DNA of 64,000 bases, taken from the NCBI GenBank assembly GCA_963779415.1, contig CAVZYA010000001.1:864001-928000 (forward strand), in the 5' to 3' direction. Origin of the DNA: an uncultured Acidobacteriota bacterium (GTDB lineage Bacteria > Acidobacteriota > Thermoanaerobaculia > UBA5066). This document shows, in pieces, positions 10,405-20,068 of this stretch. How positions within the stretch are numbered: the stretch's first letter is position 1; each line of letters starts with the position of its first letter. The position numbers were made by a program, and so were the translations under genes. Below the pieces are notes generated by a model that was given only the letters and a program-made list of their open reading frames with translations, had not been told where the DNA came from and ran no database searches.

Positions 10405-11719
10405 ATGAAGATTTCTCCCTTCCCGTTTCCGGACCGCCCGCGCCTCTTCGGCGTCGCCGTCTCGCACTACCAGGTCGAGGGGAACGACCGCTGCGACTGG
10501 ACCGAGTGGGAGGCGGCCGGACGGACGCGAGGCGGCCCCTGCGGCCGTGCGGCCGGCTCGTGGGATCGATACGAGGAGGACGCGGTCCTGGCGGCCTCCC
10601 TCGGCGCGAATGCGTTTCGCTTCTCGGTCTCGTGGAGCCGTGTGGAGCCTCTCCGGGGAGCGTTCGACGTCCACGCGCTCGGCCGGTACCGCCGCTTCGT
10701 CGAGCGGCTCACCGCGCTCGGGATCGAGCCGGTCGTCACCCTCCTTCATTACACCCACCCGGCGTGGTTCCATCGTGAGACCCCCTGGACGTCGCCCGCT
10801 TCCGTCGGCGCGTTCGCCCGGTTCGCGCGAACCGTGGCCGACGCCCTCTCGCCGCACGTGAGGCTCTGGGCGGTCCTCAACGAGCCGCTCGTCCTCGTTC
10901 TCGGAGGCTTCCTGGACGGGCAGATCCCGCCGGGCATCGCCGACACGGGGTCCGCCCGCCGCGCGCTGGACCATCTCTTCGCCGCTCACGCCGAGGCGGC
11001 CGCCGCCATCCGCGAGGAGGCCCCCGGCTCCGCGATCGGAGTCGCTCACAACATGATGGGATTCGCGCCGGAGCGGAAAGGTCATCCGCTGGACCGGGTC
11101 GTCTCCCGTGCGGCGCACGACTTCTACAACCGGGGACTCCTCGAGGCCTTCGCGACGGGCCGGTGGAACCTCTGGCTTCCCCCCTTCAGCCGCCTCTCGG
11201 GACGGCGGGACGATCTCCCTTCCTCCCTCGACGTCATGGGGGTGAACTTCTATTCGCGGCTCCACCTCCGCGCTTCCGGACGGGGTCGCACGGGGGCCGA
11301 CTTCGCTTATCGGGACCGGACCGGGCGAGGGCTGACGGACAACGGGTGGGAGATCGTTCCGGAAGCAATCGGGCCTCTCCTCTCCGAGGCCGCGGCGCTC
11401 GGCAAGCCCCTCCTCGTCACCGAAAGCGGCCTCGCCGACGAGACCGACGCGAGGCGCGGCCTGTTTCTTCGCGAACACGTCGGGGCCGTCGTCGAGGCGG
11501 TCGCGCAAAGGGCTCCCCGTTCACGGCTTCTTCTACTGGTCTCTCGTCGACAACTACGAGTGGCTCGACGGCTTCGGCCCCAAGTTCGGCCTCTTTTCCG
11601 TCGACCCCCGGACGCTCGCGAGGCGGCCGAGGCCGTCGGCGGAGGTCTTCCGGCAGCTCAGCCGCGAGTTCCTGGCCTCCCCGTCCCCGGCCGATGCACA
11701 GAAATCTGTGCAGATTTAA
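10405..11719 (+). CDS. Glycoside hydrolase family 1 (beta-glucosidase-like), frameshift near 11505-11510
   Basis: FRFSVSWSR, LLHYTHP, NEP acid/base and VTESG nucleophile. The shifted frame gives GFFYWSLVDNYEWLDGFGPKFGL and ends at TAA 11717-11719. Confidence 0.85.
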
Positions 11720-11744
11720 CGGAATCCGAACAGCCCGTTCACGG
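11716..11744 (+). promoter_or_regulatory. Candidate Pho box (11-nt-periodic direct repeats) upstream of PHP-GT21
   Basis: TTAACGG at 11716, CGAACAG at 11727, TTCACGG at 11738. Same period and core as the repeats upstream of pstS. Confidence 0.45.
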
Positions 11745-11790
11745 CGTTCTGTCGCCCGGAGCCCATCTTCCCGGGGCAGGAGGCGACACG

Positions 11791-12582
11791 ATGCTCCTGG
11801 CCGACTTCCACGTCCACTCCACCTGGTCCGACGGATCGCTTTCGATCCCCGAGGTGGTCGACCTGTTCGGGAAGTCCGGGCACGACGTCATCGCGATCAC
11901 GGATCACATCGTGAATTCCGACTCGTTCCTCGGCAAGGCCGCGCACCGCCTGAAGCTGAGCGTCACGCGCGAGAATTTCGACGCCTACCGTGCCGAGATC
12001 GACCGGGAGGCGCGGCGTGCCTGGGACCGCTACCGGATGATCGTCCTCGCCGGGTGCGAGCTGACCCGGAACGCGGCCACGGGCTCCCGCTCGGCGCACG
12101 CCCTCGCGATCGGGCTCGACCGGTTCGTCTCCGCGGACGGCCCGATGGAGGAAGTCCTCGTACGGGCCCGGGACGCCGGAGCCGTCACGGTCGCCTGTCA
12201 TCCTAACGAGCAGTCCGACTGGTTCGGGAACACTTTCTATCTCTGGAAGCGGCGCCGCGAGATCGGGGCCCTCGTCGACCGTTGGGAGCTGGCCTGCCGC
12301 TGGGACCTCTTCCCCCCCGTCGCGCGCGCCCGGCTCCCGTACGTCGCCAGCAGCGACTTTCACAAGCCGGCCCACCTCTGGGCCTGGAAGACGCTCCTCG
12401 CGTGCGACCGAAAGCCCGAAGCCGTCTTCGCCGCGCTTCGCTCCAACGCGGAGCTGGGCGCCACGAGGCTCCCGGCGCCACTCCGGCACGAGGTCCCTTC
12501 CGACGAGACGCCACACCGGCGGCTGCGATCTCTTTCCCGGCCTCACGGCGCCACAGCCCGCATGACGGGAGATGACAGATGA
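11791..12582 (+). CDS. PHP-domain phosphoesterase
   Basis: RBS AGGAGG then ATG 11791. DFHVHSTWSDG, AITDH, ACHP, SSDFH metal-binding motifs. Confidence 0.85.
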   Translation: MLLADFHVHSTWSDGSLSIPEVVDLFGKSGHDVIAITDHIVNSDSFLGKAAHRLKLSVTRENFDAYRAEIDREARRAWDRYRMIVLAGCELTRNAATGSRSAHALAIGLDRFVSADGPMEEVLVRARDAGAVTVACHPNEQSDWFGNTFYLWKRRREIGALVDRWELACRWDLFPPVARARLPYVASSDFHKPAHLWAWKTLLACDRKPEAVFAALRSNAELGATRLPAPLRHEVPSDETPHRRLRSLSRPHGATARMTGDDR

Positions 12583-13795
12583 TCGTCTCCTCCTGCTCGT
12601 CTTCGCCAGCATCGGAGCCGTTCTGACCACCGTCCAGGTGCTCCTCGTCGCCCGTCTCCGGAGGCGCCGCCCCCTTTCGCGCCGGGCGGCCCCGGAGGAA
12701 GGGCCGCTTTCCGGCCGGCCGGTTCTTCGGCGGTCCCCCGCCTCTCCATCCTCAAGCCCCTCTCGGGTCTCGATGACGGGCTCGAGGAGAACCTCGGTTC
12801 GTTCGCGAACCTTCGGGGCATCCACTACGAAGTGATTTTCTCGGCCGCCCGGCCGGACGACCCGGCGGTGGAGGTCGCCCGGAGCGTGATGAGGCGCTTC
12901 CCCGCCGCGCCCCTGCGCCTCGTCGTCGGTGGGCCGGCGTTCGCCGGCGCCGTGAACCGGAAGGTGGAGCGGCTCGTCGCGGCCGCGCGCGAGGCTTCCG
13001 GCGAGATCCTCCTCGTCTCCGACTCGAACGTCCGGGTCTCCCCCGACGATGTCGCCGGGACACTCGCCCTCGTTCGACGACCGGCGTGTCGGCTGCGTCT
13101 CGAACCTCTTCGTCGGCGAGGGAGCGCGCTCCTTCGGTTCCGCCGTGGAATCGCTGCATCTCCTCACCTTCGTCGCCACGGGAACGGCCTTCGGCGAGGC
13201 CTCCGGAGTCCCCTGCGTCGTGGGAAAGTCGATGGCGATCTCCCGCGCCGCGCTCGAAGCGATCGGGGGCTTCCCGGCGTTTCTCGGACGTCCTCGCGCG
13301 AGGATCAGGCGATCGGCGTCGCCGTCCGGAAGGCAGGCTTCTTCGTCGTCGTCTCTCCCGTAGTCGTCCGGAACGTCACGATCAAGCGCTCTCTCGGAGC
13401 CGCTCTCGCCCGGCAGGTTCGCTGGAACAAGATCCGCTGGTCCTTCTCGAGATCCCTCTACACGGGCGAACTCCTCCTCAATCCCTTCCCCGTTTCCCTC
13501 CTCGCCTGCGGAGCGTCGGCGTTTTCCTCGCCCGCCATCCTTCCCGCCGCCGCCGTCTCCGCAGGCCTTCTTCTCCTTCTCCGAGTGGCGCAGGCAGCCG
13601 CCCTCGCGAAGCTCCTCGGCGCCGCCGTTCCGCTCGCGGCAGCTCGCGCTGATGCCCGTAAAGGACCTCCTCCAGTTCGGGGCCCAGTTCGTCCCGCTTC
13701 TCTCGCGCGAGGTCACGTGGCACGGGCACCGGGCACGGCTCGGGCCCGGGACGGTCCTCCTGCCGTCGCGCCGGAGCGCCGCGATCGCGGCCTGA
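12572..13795 (+). CDS. GT21-type (ceramide glucosyltransferase/HpnI-like) membrane glycosyltransferase with about five frameshifts (sequencing error or pseudogene)
   Basis: Pieced across frames: N-terminal TM, SILKPLSGLD, NRKV, SDSNV, GKSMA, EDQ, RQVRW (QxxRW), C-terminal VTWHG. Stop TGA 13793-13795. Confidence 0.75.
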
Positions 13796-13899
13796 AGCCG
13801 ATCCGGGCGTGACCCGCCGGGCGGGGAGAAGGCGCGCCCGCGCGATCCGGAAGGGGTGAGATATCCTCCCGACGGACTTCAAACAGAGAGGTTCATGTA

Positions 13900-14520
13900 G
13901 TGAAGCTTCTGCCCCGCGAAGAGAACTTCCTTCCCCAGTTCAACCGGACGGCCGAGATCATCCTGGAGGCCGCGAAAGCCCTCGACGACATCGCGAACGA
14001 CTTCTCGGACGTCGAGGTGAAGGTCGCGAAGATCAAGCACCTCGAGCACGAGGGGGACCAGGTCACCCACCAGAGCTTCGCCCTGCTGTCGCGGACCTGG
14101 ATCACGCCGATCGACCGCGAGGACATTCACGACCTGACGAAGCAGCTGGACGACGTCCTCGACCTGCTCGACGCGGCCGCCGCACGACTCGTCCTGTTCA
14201 AGATCCCCGCCCCGACGCCCGAGCTGAAGGCCTTCACGAAGCTGCTCGTCCAGTCGGCCCAGGCCATCCAGCGGGCCATGGGTCTCTTGAGCGACCTGAA
14301 GAACTCGAGGGCGATCCTCGACGCCTGTATCGAGATCAACCGGCTGGAAAACGAGGGGGACACACTGAACCGGATGGCGATCAGCCGGCTCTTCGAGAAT
14401 GCGAAGGATCCCTTCACCCTCCTGAAGTGGAAGGAGATCTACGAGGTGCTCGAAACGGCGACCGACGCCTGCGAGGACGTGGCGAACGTCCTCGAGCAGA
14501 TCGTCCTCAAGTCGTCCTAG
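13900..14520 (+). CDS. DUF47 phosphate transport regulator (PhoU-like)
   Basis: LEHEGD, ITPIDREDI, LENEGD, DACEDVA. Upstream of a PiT gene. Confidence 0.9.
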   Translation: MKLLPREENFLPQFNRTAEIILEAAKALDDIANDFSDVEVKVAKIKHLEHEGDQVTHQSFALLSRTWITPIDREDIHDLTKQLDDVLDLLDAAAARLVLFKIPAPTPELKAFTKLLVQSAQAIQRAMGLLSDLKNSRAILDACIEINRLENEGDTLNRMAISRLFENAKDPFTLLKWKEIYEVLETATDACEDVANVLEQIVLKSS

Positions 14521-14526
14521 AGCGCC

Positions 14527-15540
14527 ATGGTCTTCGTCCTCCTCGTCGTCGTCATGGCCCTGGCCTTCGACTTCGTGAACGGTTTTCACGACGCCGCGAA
14601 CTCGATCGCCACCGTCGTCGGCACGCGCGTCCTCACGCCGCGGATCGCGGTGATCTGGGCCGCGTTCTTCAACTTCGTCGCCGCCTTCGCTTTCGAGACC
14701 CGCGTCGCCAACACGATCGGAAAGGACATCGTCGACCCGTCCATCGTCGACCCGGTGCTGATCCTCGCAGGCCTCCTCGGCGCCATCGTCTGGAATCTCC
14801 TGACGTGGTGGTGGGGCCTCCCGTCCTCGTCGTCGCACGCTCTCATCGGGGGCTTCGCCGGCGCGGCGGTGATGAAAGCGGGCGTCGGAGTGCTCATCCC
14901 GAGGGGCCTGGAGAAGACGGTCGTCTTCATCGTTCTTTCGCCGCTCCTCGGCATGGTCCTCGGCTTTCTCTTCTTCCTCTCCGTCATCTGGATCTTCCGG
15001 AGGACGCGGCCGGAGCCCGTGGACCGCCTCTTCCGAAAGGTCCAGCTCTTCTCCGCGGCCTCCTTCTCGTTCGGCCACGGCCTGAACGACGCGCAGAAGA
15101 CGATGGGGATCATCGCCGTGCTGCTCTTCTCGGCCGGTTATCTGCCACGCGTCATGATCCCCTTCTGGATCATCCTTCTCTGCCACGCCGCTATCGCACT
15201 CGGAACGCTGGCGGGCGGCTGGCGGATCGTCCGGACGATGGGAATGCGGATCACTCACCTGAAGCCCGTGGGGGGCTCGTGCGCCGAGTTTGCCGGCGCC
15301 TGCACCCTCTTCGGAGCTTCGTGGGCGGGGATCCCGGTCTCCACGACGCACACGATCACCGGGGCCATCATGGGCGTCGGGTCGGTCCAGCGCTTCTCGG
15401 CCGTCCGCTGGGGGATCGCACGGAACATCGTCGTCGCATGGATCCTGACGATTCCGGCGGCCGCCGCCGTGGGCGCTATTTCGTGGAAGGCTCTCGCCGC
15501 TCTGAACGGCCTCGTCGGTTTCTATCTCGTTCGCCCTTAG
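14527..15540 (+). CDS. PiT family inorganic phosphate transporter
   Basis: NGFHDAANS, GLPSSSSHAL, HGLNDAQKTMG, PVSTTH. Confidence 0.93.
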   Translation: MVFVLLVVVMALAFDFVNGFHDAANSIATVVGTRVLTPRIAVIWAAFFNFVAAFAFETRVANTIGKDIVDPSIVDPVLILAGLLGAIVWNLLTWWWGLPSSSSHALIGGFAGAAVMKAGVGVLIPRGLEKTVVFIVLSPLLGMVLGFLFFLSVIWIFRRTRPEPVDRLFRKVQLFSAASFSFGHGLNDAQKTMGIIAVLLFSAGYLPRVMIPFWIILLCHAAIALGTLAGGWRIVRTMGMRITHLKPVGGSCAEFAGACTLFGASWAGIPVSTTHTITGAIMGVGSVQRFSAVRWGIARNIVVAWILTIPAAAAVGAISWKALAALNGLVGFYLVRP

Positions 15541-15552
15541 CGGATTCTCCTC

Positions 15553-15581
15553 TTTACACCGTCTTCACACGGGTCTCACGG
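15553..15581 (+). promoter_or_regulatory. Pho box-like direct repeats upstream of pstS
   Basis: TTTACAC at 15553, TTCACAC at 15564, CTCACGG at 15575 (11-nt period), in the position expected for PhoB sites. Confidence 0.65.
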
Positions 15582-15646
15582 AAACAACGCGACCGGCCCG
15601 GAGACTCGGCGCCGAAGCGATGAAACTTCAAGAGCAAGGAGGATTC

Positions 15647-16675
15647 ATGAGCAGCATGTGGAAAACGGCCCTGGCCGCGGCGGCGGCAGGGGTGCTTCTG
15701 GCCGGAAGCGCCTCGGCCCAGGTCAACCAGATCAACGGCGCCGGCGCCACCTTTCCCTTCCCGATCTACTCGAAGTGGTTCGACGTCTACGGCCATCTCC
15801 ATCCGGGCGTCCAGATCAACTACCAGTCGATCGGCTCCGGCGGCGGAATCCGCCAGCTCACGAACGAGACCGTCTTCTTCGGAGCGTCCGACGGCCCGAT
15901 GACGGACGAACAGCTCAAGTCCGCGCCCGGCCCCGTTCTTCACTTCCCGACCGTCCTCGGCGGCGTCGTCCCGGTCTACAACATTCCCGGGGTGACGGCC
16001 GACCTGAAATTCAACGGGAAAGTACTGGCGGACGTCTACCTCGGAAAGATCACGAAATGGAACGACCCGGCCATCACGGGCCTTAACCCCGGCGTCACGC
16101 TTCCGGGGACGGACATCGCGGTCGTCCACCGGTCGGACGGCTCCGGCACGACCTACATCTGGGTCGACTACCTCTCGAAGGTCTCCCCGGAGTTCAAGAA
16201 CAAGGTCGGCGTGTCGACTTCGGTCAACTGGCCGACCGGCGTCGGCGGCAAGGGAAACGAGGGAGTCGCCGGCCTCGTCAAGCAGACGCCCGGAGCGATC
16301 GGCTACGTCGAGCTGATCTACGCCATCCAGAACAAGATCAGCTACGGTGACGTGCAGAACCACGACGGGAAGTTCCTGCGCGCTACGCTTGCGACCGTCA
16401 CGGAGGCCGCCGCCGGAGCCGCCCGGGCCATGCCCGCCGATTTTCGCGTCTCGATCACGAATGCGCCGGGTGCCAACGCCTACCCGATCTCGTCCTTCAC
16501 CTGGATGCTCTTCTACGAGAACCCGAAGGACAAGGCGCGCGCCCGGATCATGGTCGACTTCTTCCGGTGGGCGCTCACGGACGGTCAGAAGTACTGCGCC
16601 GAGCTGGGCTATGCTCCGCTCCCCAAGGAGGTCGTGGCTCTGGAGATGGAGGCGCTGAAGAGGATCAAGCTCTGA
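15647..16675 (+). CDS. pstS: Phosphate ABC transporter substrate-binding protein
   Basis: RBS AGGAGG, signal peptide, GAGATFP, YQSIGSGGG, RSDGSGTT. Confidence 0.96.
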   Translation: MSSMWKTALAAAAAGVLLAGSASAQVNQINGAGATFPFPIYSKWFDVYGHLHPGVQINYQSIGSGGGIRQLTNETVFFGASDGPMTDEQLKSAPGPVLHFPTVLGGVVPVYNIPGVTADLKFNGKVLADVYLGKITKWNDPAITGLNPGVTLPGTDIAVVHRSDGSGTTYIWVDYLSKVSPEFKNKVGVSTSVNWPTGVGGKGNEGVAGLVKQTPGAIGYVELIYAIQNKISYGDVQNHDGKFLRATLATVTEAAAGAARAMPADFRVSITNAPGANAYPISSFTWMLFYENPKDKARARIMVDFFRWALTDGQKYCAELGYAPLPKEVVALEMEALKRIKL

Positions 16676-16699
16676 GGACCTCCTCCGGGTAGCCTCTCG

Positions 16700-17671
16700 A
16701 TGACTGCCAGCCCGTCCCCTCGTCGGGGCGGCGAAGACCGCCTGTTCCGGCTGGGGACGGGTTTTTTCGCCTTCCTCGTCGCCCTCCTCGTGGCTGGAAT
16801 CGCTTTCGAGTTGTGGCGGGAGTCCCGCCTGTCGATCGAGAAGTTCGGCCTCGGCTTCTGGAAAACGAGCATCTGGGACCCGGTGGCCGGGAACTTTGGC
16901 GCTCTCCCGTTCATCTGGGGGACGCTCTACTCGTCGTTCCTGGCGCTCCTGATCGCAACGCCGGTGGCCCTCGGCATCGCCGTCTTTCTCTCCGAGCTGT
17001 CGCCCAGGTCCCTTCGGACTCCCCTGGCGTTCCTGACCGAGCTTCTCGCCGCGATCCCTTCGATCGTCTATGGCCTCTGGGGCGTCTTCGTTCTGGTGCC
17101 TCTGGTGAGGAAGCTGGAAGTCCTGACGCCCAACTGGATGCGAAAGCTCCCGCTCTTCTCGGGGCCGCCGCTCGGCGTCGGCATGCTCGCGGCGGCGCTC
17201 ATTCTCGCCGTCATGGTCATCCCCTTCACCTCGTCGGTGGCGCGCGAGGTTCTGAAGGCCGTTCCGGCCACGCAGCGCGAGGCGGCCTATGCCCTCGGGG
17301 CCACCCGCTGGGAGGCGATCCGCGTCGCGATGCGTTACGGGCGGACGGGGATCCTCGGGGCCGTCATCCTGGGTCTCGGGCGCGCCATCGGCGAGACGAT
17401 GGCCGTCACGATGGTGATCGGGAACAGCCCGACCGTTACCCCGTCGCTCTTCGCCCCCCAGTACACGATGGCCGCCGTCATCGCCAACGAGTTCACCGAG
17501 GCCGCGGACGACCTCTATCTCTCGGCTCTCGTCGAGATCGGCCTCGTCCTCTTCGCGATCACTCTGATCATCAACATCCTCTCCCGCCTTCTGATCTGGA
17601 GCGTGAACCGGGAGGTCCGGGTCGAGGAGCCGAAAGGCGCGGTCCGGGCGCCCGAGAGGGCCGCGGCATGA
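16700..17671 (+). CDS. pstC: Phosphate ABC transporter permease
   Basis: [24 protein letters not shown]. Operon position. Confidence 0.95.
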   Translation: MTASPSPRRGGEDRLFRLGTGFFAFLVALLVAGIAFELWRESRLSIEKFGLGFWKTSIWDPVAGNFGALPFIWGTLYSSFLALLIATPVALGIAVFLSELSPRSLRTPLAFLTELLAAIPSIVYGLWGVFVLVPLVRKLEVLTPNWMRKLPLFSGPPLGVGMLAAALILAVMVIPFTSSVAREVLKAVPATQREAAYALGATRWEAIRVAMRYGRTGILGAVILGLGRAIGETMAVTMVIGNSPTVTPSLFAPQYTMAAVIANEFTEAADDLYLSALVEIGLVLFAITLIINILSRLLIWSVNREVRVEEPKGAVRAPERAAA

Positions 17672-18516
17672 ACCGGAACTCCCGCCGGAAGCTCCTCTCG
17701 AACTTCGTCGTCTTTCTCTGCGGAGCGTCCGTCGTCGTGGCGCTCGTTCCGCTCTGCTTCATCTTCCTCTACGTCATCCAGCAGGGGTTTTCGTCGCTGA
17801 GCTGGGATTTCTTCACGAAGATGCCGAAGCCGGTCGGCGAATCCGGCGGCGGCATGGCCAACGCCATCGTCGGGACGCTGATCCTGATCGGCCTCGCGTC
17901 ACTCCTCGCTGTCCCGGTCGGCCTGATCTCAGGCATCTACCTCTCGGAGTACCCGAAGTCGGGTCTGGCCTCCGCGGTCCGTTTCACGGCCGACGTCCTG
18001 AACGGCATCCCCTCGATCGTCATCGGTATCTTCGCCTACGGCCTCGCGGTCCTCCCGGTGAAGCACTTCAGCGCGCTGGCCGGCGGAATGGCGCTCGGAT
18101 TCATGATGGTCCCGATCATCACCCGGACGACCGAGGAGCTTCTGAACCTCGTGCCGCCCACCCTCCGCGAAGGGGCCCTCGCGCTCGGTGCGACCCGCGC
18201 CCGGGCCGCCTTCACGGTGATGCTCCCCGCGGCTTTGCCCGGCATCATGACCGGAATCCTCGTCTCGCTGGCCCGCATCGCCGGAGAGACCGCCCCGCTC
18301 CTCTTCACGGCGTTCTCGAACCGGTTCTGGTCCACGTCGCTGACGCAGCCGATTGCGTCGTTGACCGTTCAGATCTACACGTACGCCATCTCGCCCTACG
18401 ACGACTGGCACCGGCAGGCCTGGGCGGGGGCGTTCGTCCTCGTCGCCGTGGTCTTCATCTTCTCGGTTCTCTCCCGAGTCGTCACGAGACGGCTGGAAAG
18501 GATGCACCGGACATGA
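17668..18516 (+). CDS. pstA: Phosphate ABC transporter permease
   Basis: ATGA overlap with pst[19 protein letters not shown]. Confidence 0.95.
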   Translation: MNRNSRRKLLSNFVVFLCGASVVVALVPLCFIFLYVIQQGFSSLSWDFFTKMPKPVGESGGGMANAIVGTLILIGLASLLAVPVGLISGIYLSEYPKSGLASAVRFTADVLNGIPSIVIGIFAYGLAVLPVKHFSALAGGMALGFMMVPIITRTTEELLNLVPPTLREGALALGATRARAAFTVMLPAALPGIMTGILVSLARIAGETAPLLFTAFSNRFWSTSLTQPIASLTVQIYTYAISPYDDWHRQAWAGAFVLVAVVFIFSVLSRVVTRRLERMHRT

Positions 18517-19373
18517 CGGAGACGGTCCTGACCCCCGGCGAGCCCAGTCCGGGAGGGCTCGCCGTGCCGGCGCCGGTGCCCGCGGAGCCGAGGCCCTCGC
18601 GGGGGCTGGAGTTCGGCACCCCGGTCCGGATGGAGGCCGGGCACATCGACTTCTGGTACGGGCGAAGCCAGGCTCTCTTCGACATCTCGATCCGGATTCC
18701 CGAGAGGTCCGTGACCGCGCTCATCGGACCGTCGGGCTGCGGAAAGTCGACGTTCCTCCGCTGCCTGAACCGGATGAACGACATCATCCCCGACACGCGG
18801 GTCGAGGGGAGCCTTTTGCTGGACGACAAGGACATCTACGGGGCCGGCATCGACATCGTCGACCTCAGGCGCCGGGTCGGCATGGTCTTCCAGAAATCGA
18901 ACCCCTTCCCGAAGTCGATCTTCGACAACGTCGCCTACGGCCTCCGGATCAACGGCTCGCCGAGCGCCTCGGAGCTGGCGGAGAGGGTCGAGCTGGCGCT
19001 CCAGCAGGCCGCTCTCTGGGACGAGGTGAAGGATCGACTCAAGACCTCCGCGCTCGGCCTCTCCGGGGGGCAGCAGCAGCGGCTCTGCATCGCGCGGGCC
19101 CTCGCTGTGGAGCCCGAGGTCCTTCTGATGGACGAGCCCTGCTCGGCTCTCGATCCGATCGCCACCTCCAAGGTGGAGGAGCTGATCTTCGACCTGAAGG
19201 AACGCTACACGATCGTCATCGTGACGCACAACATGCAGCAGGCGGCGCGGGTTTCGGACCAGACCGCCTTCTTCATGCTGGGAAAAATGATCGAGTACGA
19301 CAGGACGGATACCATCTTCACCAAGCCGACCATGAAGACGACCGAGGATTACATTACCGGGAGGTTTGGTTGA
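18513..19373 (+). CDS. pstB: Phosphate ABC transporter ATP-binding protein
   Basis: [33 protein letters not shown]. Confidence 0.96.
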   Translation: MTETVLTPGEPSPGGLAVPAPVPAEPRPSRGLEFGTPVRMEAGHIDFWYGRSQALFDISIRIPERSVTALIGPSGCGKSTFLRCLNRMNDIIPDTRVEGSLLLDDKDIYGAGIDIVDLRRRVGMVFQKSNPFPKSIFDNVAYGLRINGSPSASELAERVELALQQAALWDEVKDRLKTSALGLSGGQQQRLCIARALAVEPEVLLMDEPCSALDPIATSKVEELIFDLKERYTIVIVTHNMQQAARVSDQTAFFMLGKMIEYDRTDTIFTKPTMKTTEDYITGRFG

Positions 19374-20068
19374 CCGGAAAGAGCGCCGCTCCGCGCACCC
19401 GGATCGCCATCGTCGAGGACGACGACGATCTCGCCTTCACTCTCTCCTACAACCTGAAGAAGGACGGGAGGTACGAGGTGGAGCGGTTCGCCGGAGGCCT
19501 CGTCGCGCTCGACGCCCTGCTCGCGCACCCCCCCGACCTCGTCCTCCTCGACCTGAACCTCCCGGACGTGGACGGACTCACGATCTGCCGCGAGCTTCGA
19601 AAGGGGGAGGAGACGCGGAAGATTCCGATCCTGATGCTGACGGCACGCGTCGAGGAGCGGGACAAGCTTCTCGGCTTCGAGCTGGGGGCCGACGACTACG
19701 TCACGAAACCCTTCTCGATGAAGGAGCTGATGGCCCGGATCACGGCGCACCTCCGCCGCGCAAGTGCGACGGAGGCGGGCGAGGATCTCTGGGAGAACGG
19801 CCGGCTCCGGATCGACCGCGGCCGTCATCTCGTCCTCCGGGACGGCAGGCCCGTCCACCTGACAAAGAAGGAGTTCGATCTCCTCTGGCTTCTCATTCGG
19901 AGCGGGGGGCGTGTCGTGAGCCGCGAGACGATCCTTTCCCGGCTCTGGGACTACGCCGCCGACATCGAGACCCGCACGGTCGACGTCCACATCCGTTCGC
20001 TCCGGAAGAAGGTGGGCGAGGAGATGATCGAGACCGTCGTCGGGGTGGGCTACAGGTTCGCGAAATGA
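19370..20068 (+). CDS. phoB: OmpR-family response regulator (PhoB-like)
   Basis: [28 protein letters not shown]. Lies in the pst operon. Confidence 0.85.
   Translation: MTGKSAAPRTRIAIVEDDDDLAFTLSYNLKKDGRYEVERFAGGLVALDALLAHPPDLVLLDLNLPDVDGLTICRELRKGEETRKIPILMLTARVEERDKLLGFELGADDYVTKPFSMKELMARITAHLRRASATEAGEDLWENGRLRIDRGRHLVLRDGRPVHLTKKEFDLLWLLIRSGGRVVSRETILSRLWDYAADIETRTVDVHIRSLRKKVGEEMIETVVGVGYRFAK

Noticed and set aside
10357-12582. Apparent 741-aa GH1-PHP fusion
   Set aside because: The GH1 C-terminus continues in another frame to TAA 11719 and PHP has its own SD and ATG at 11791. The fusion is a frameshift artefact.
13878-13898. Possible Pho box upstream of DUF47-pit
   Set aside because: The TTCA units are 14 nt apart rather than 11.
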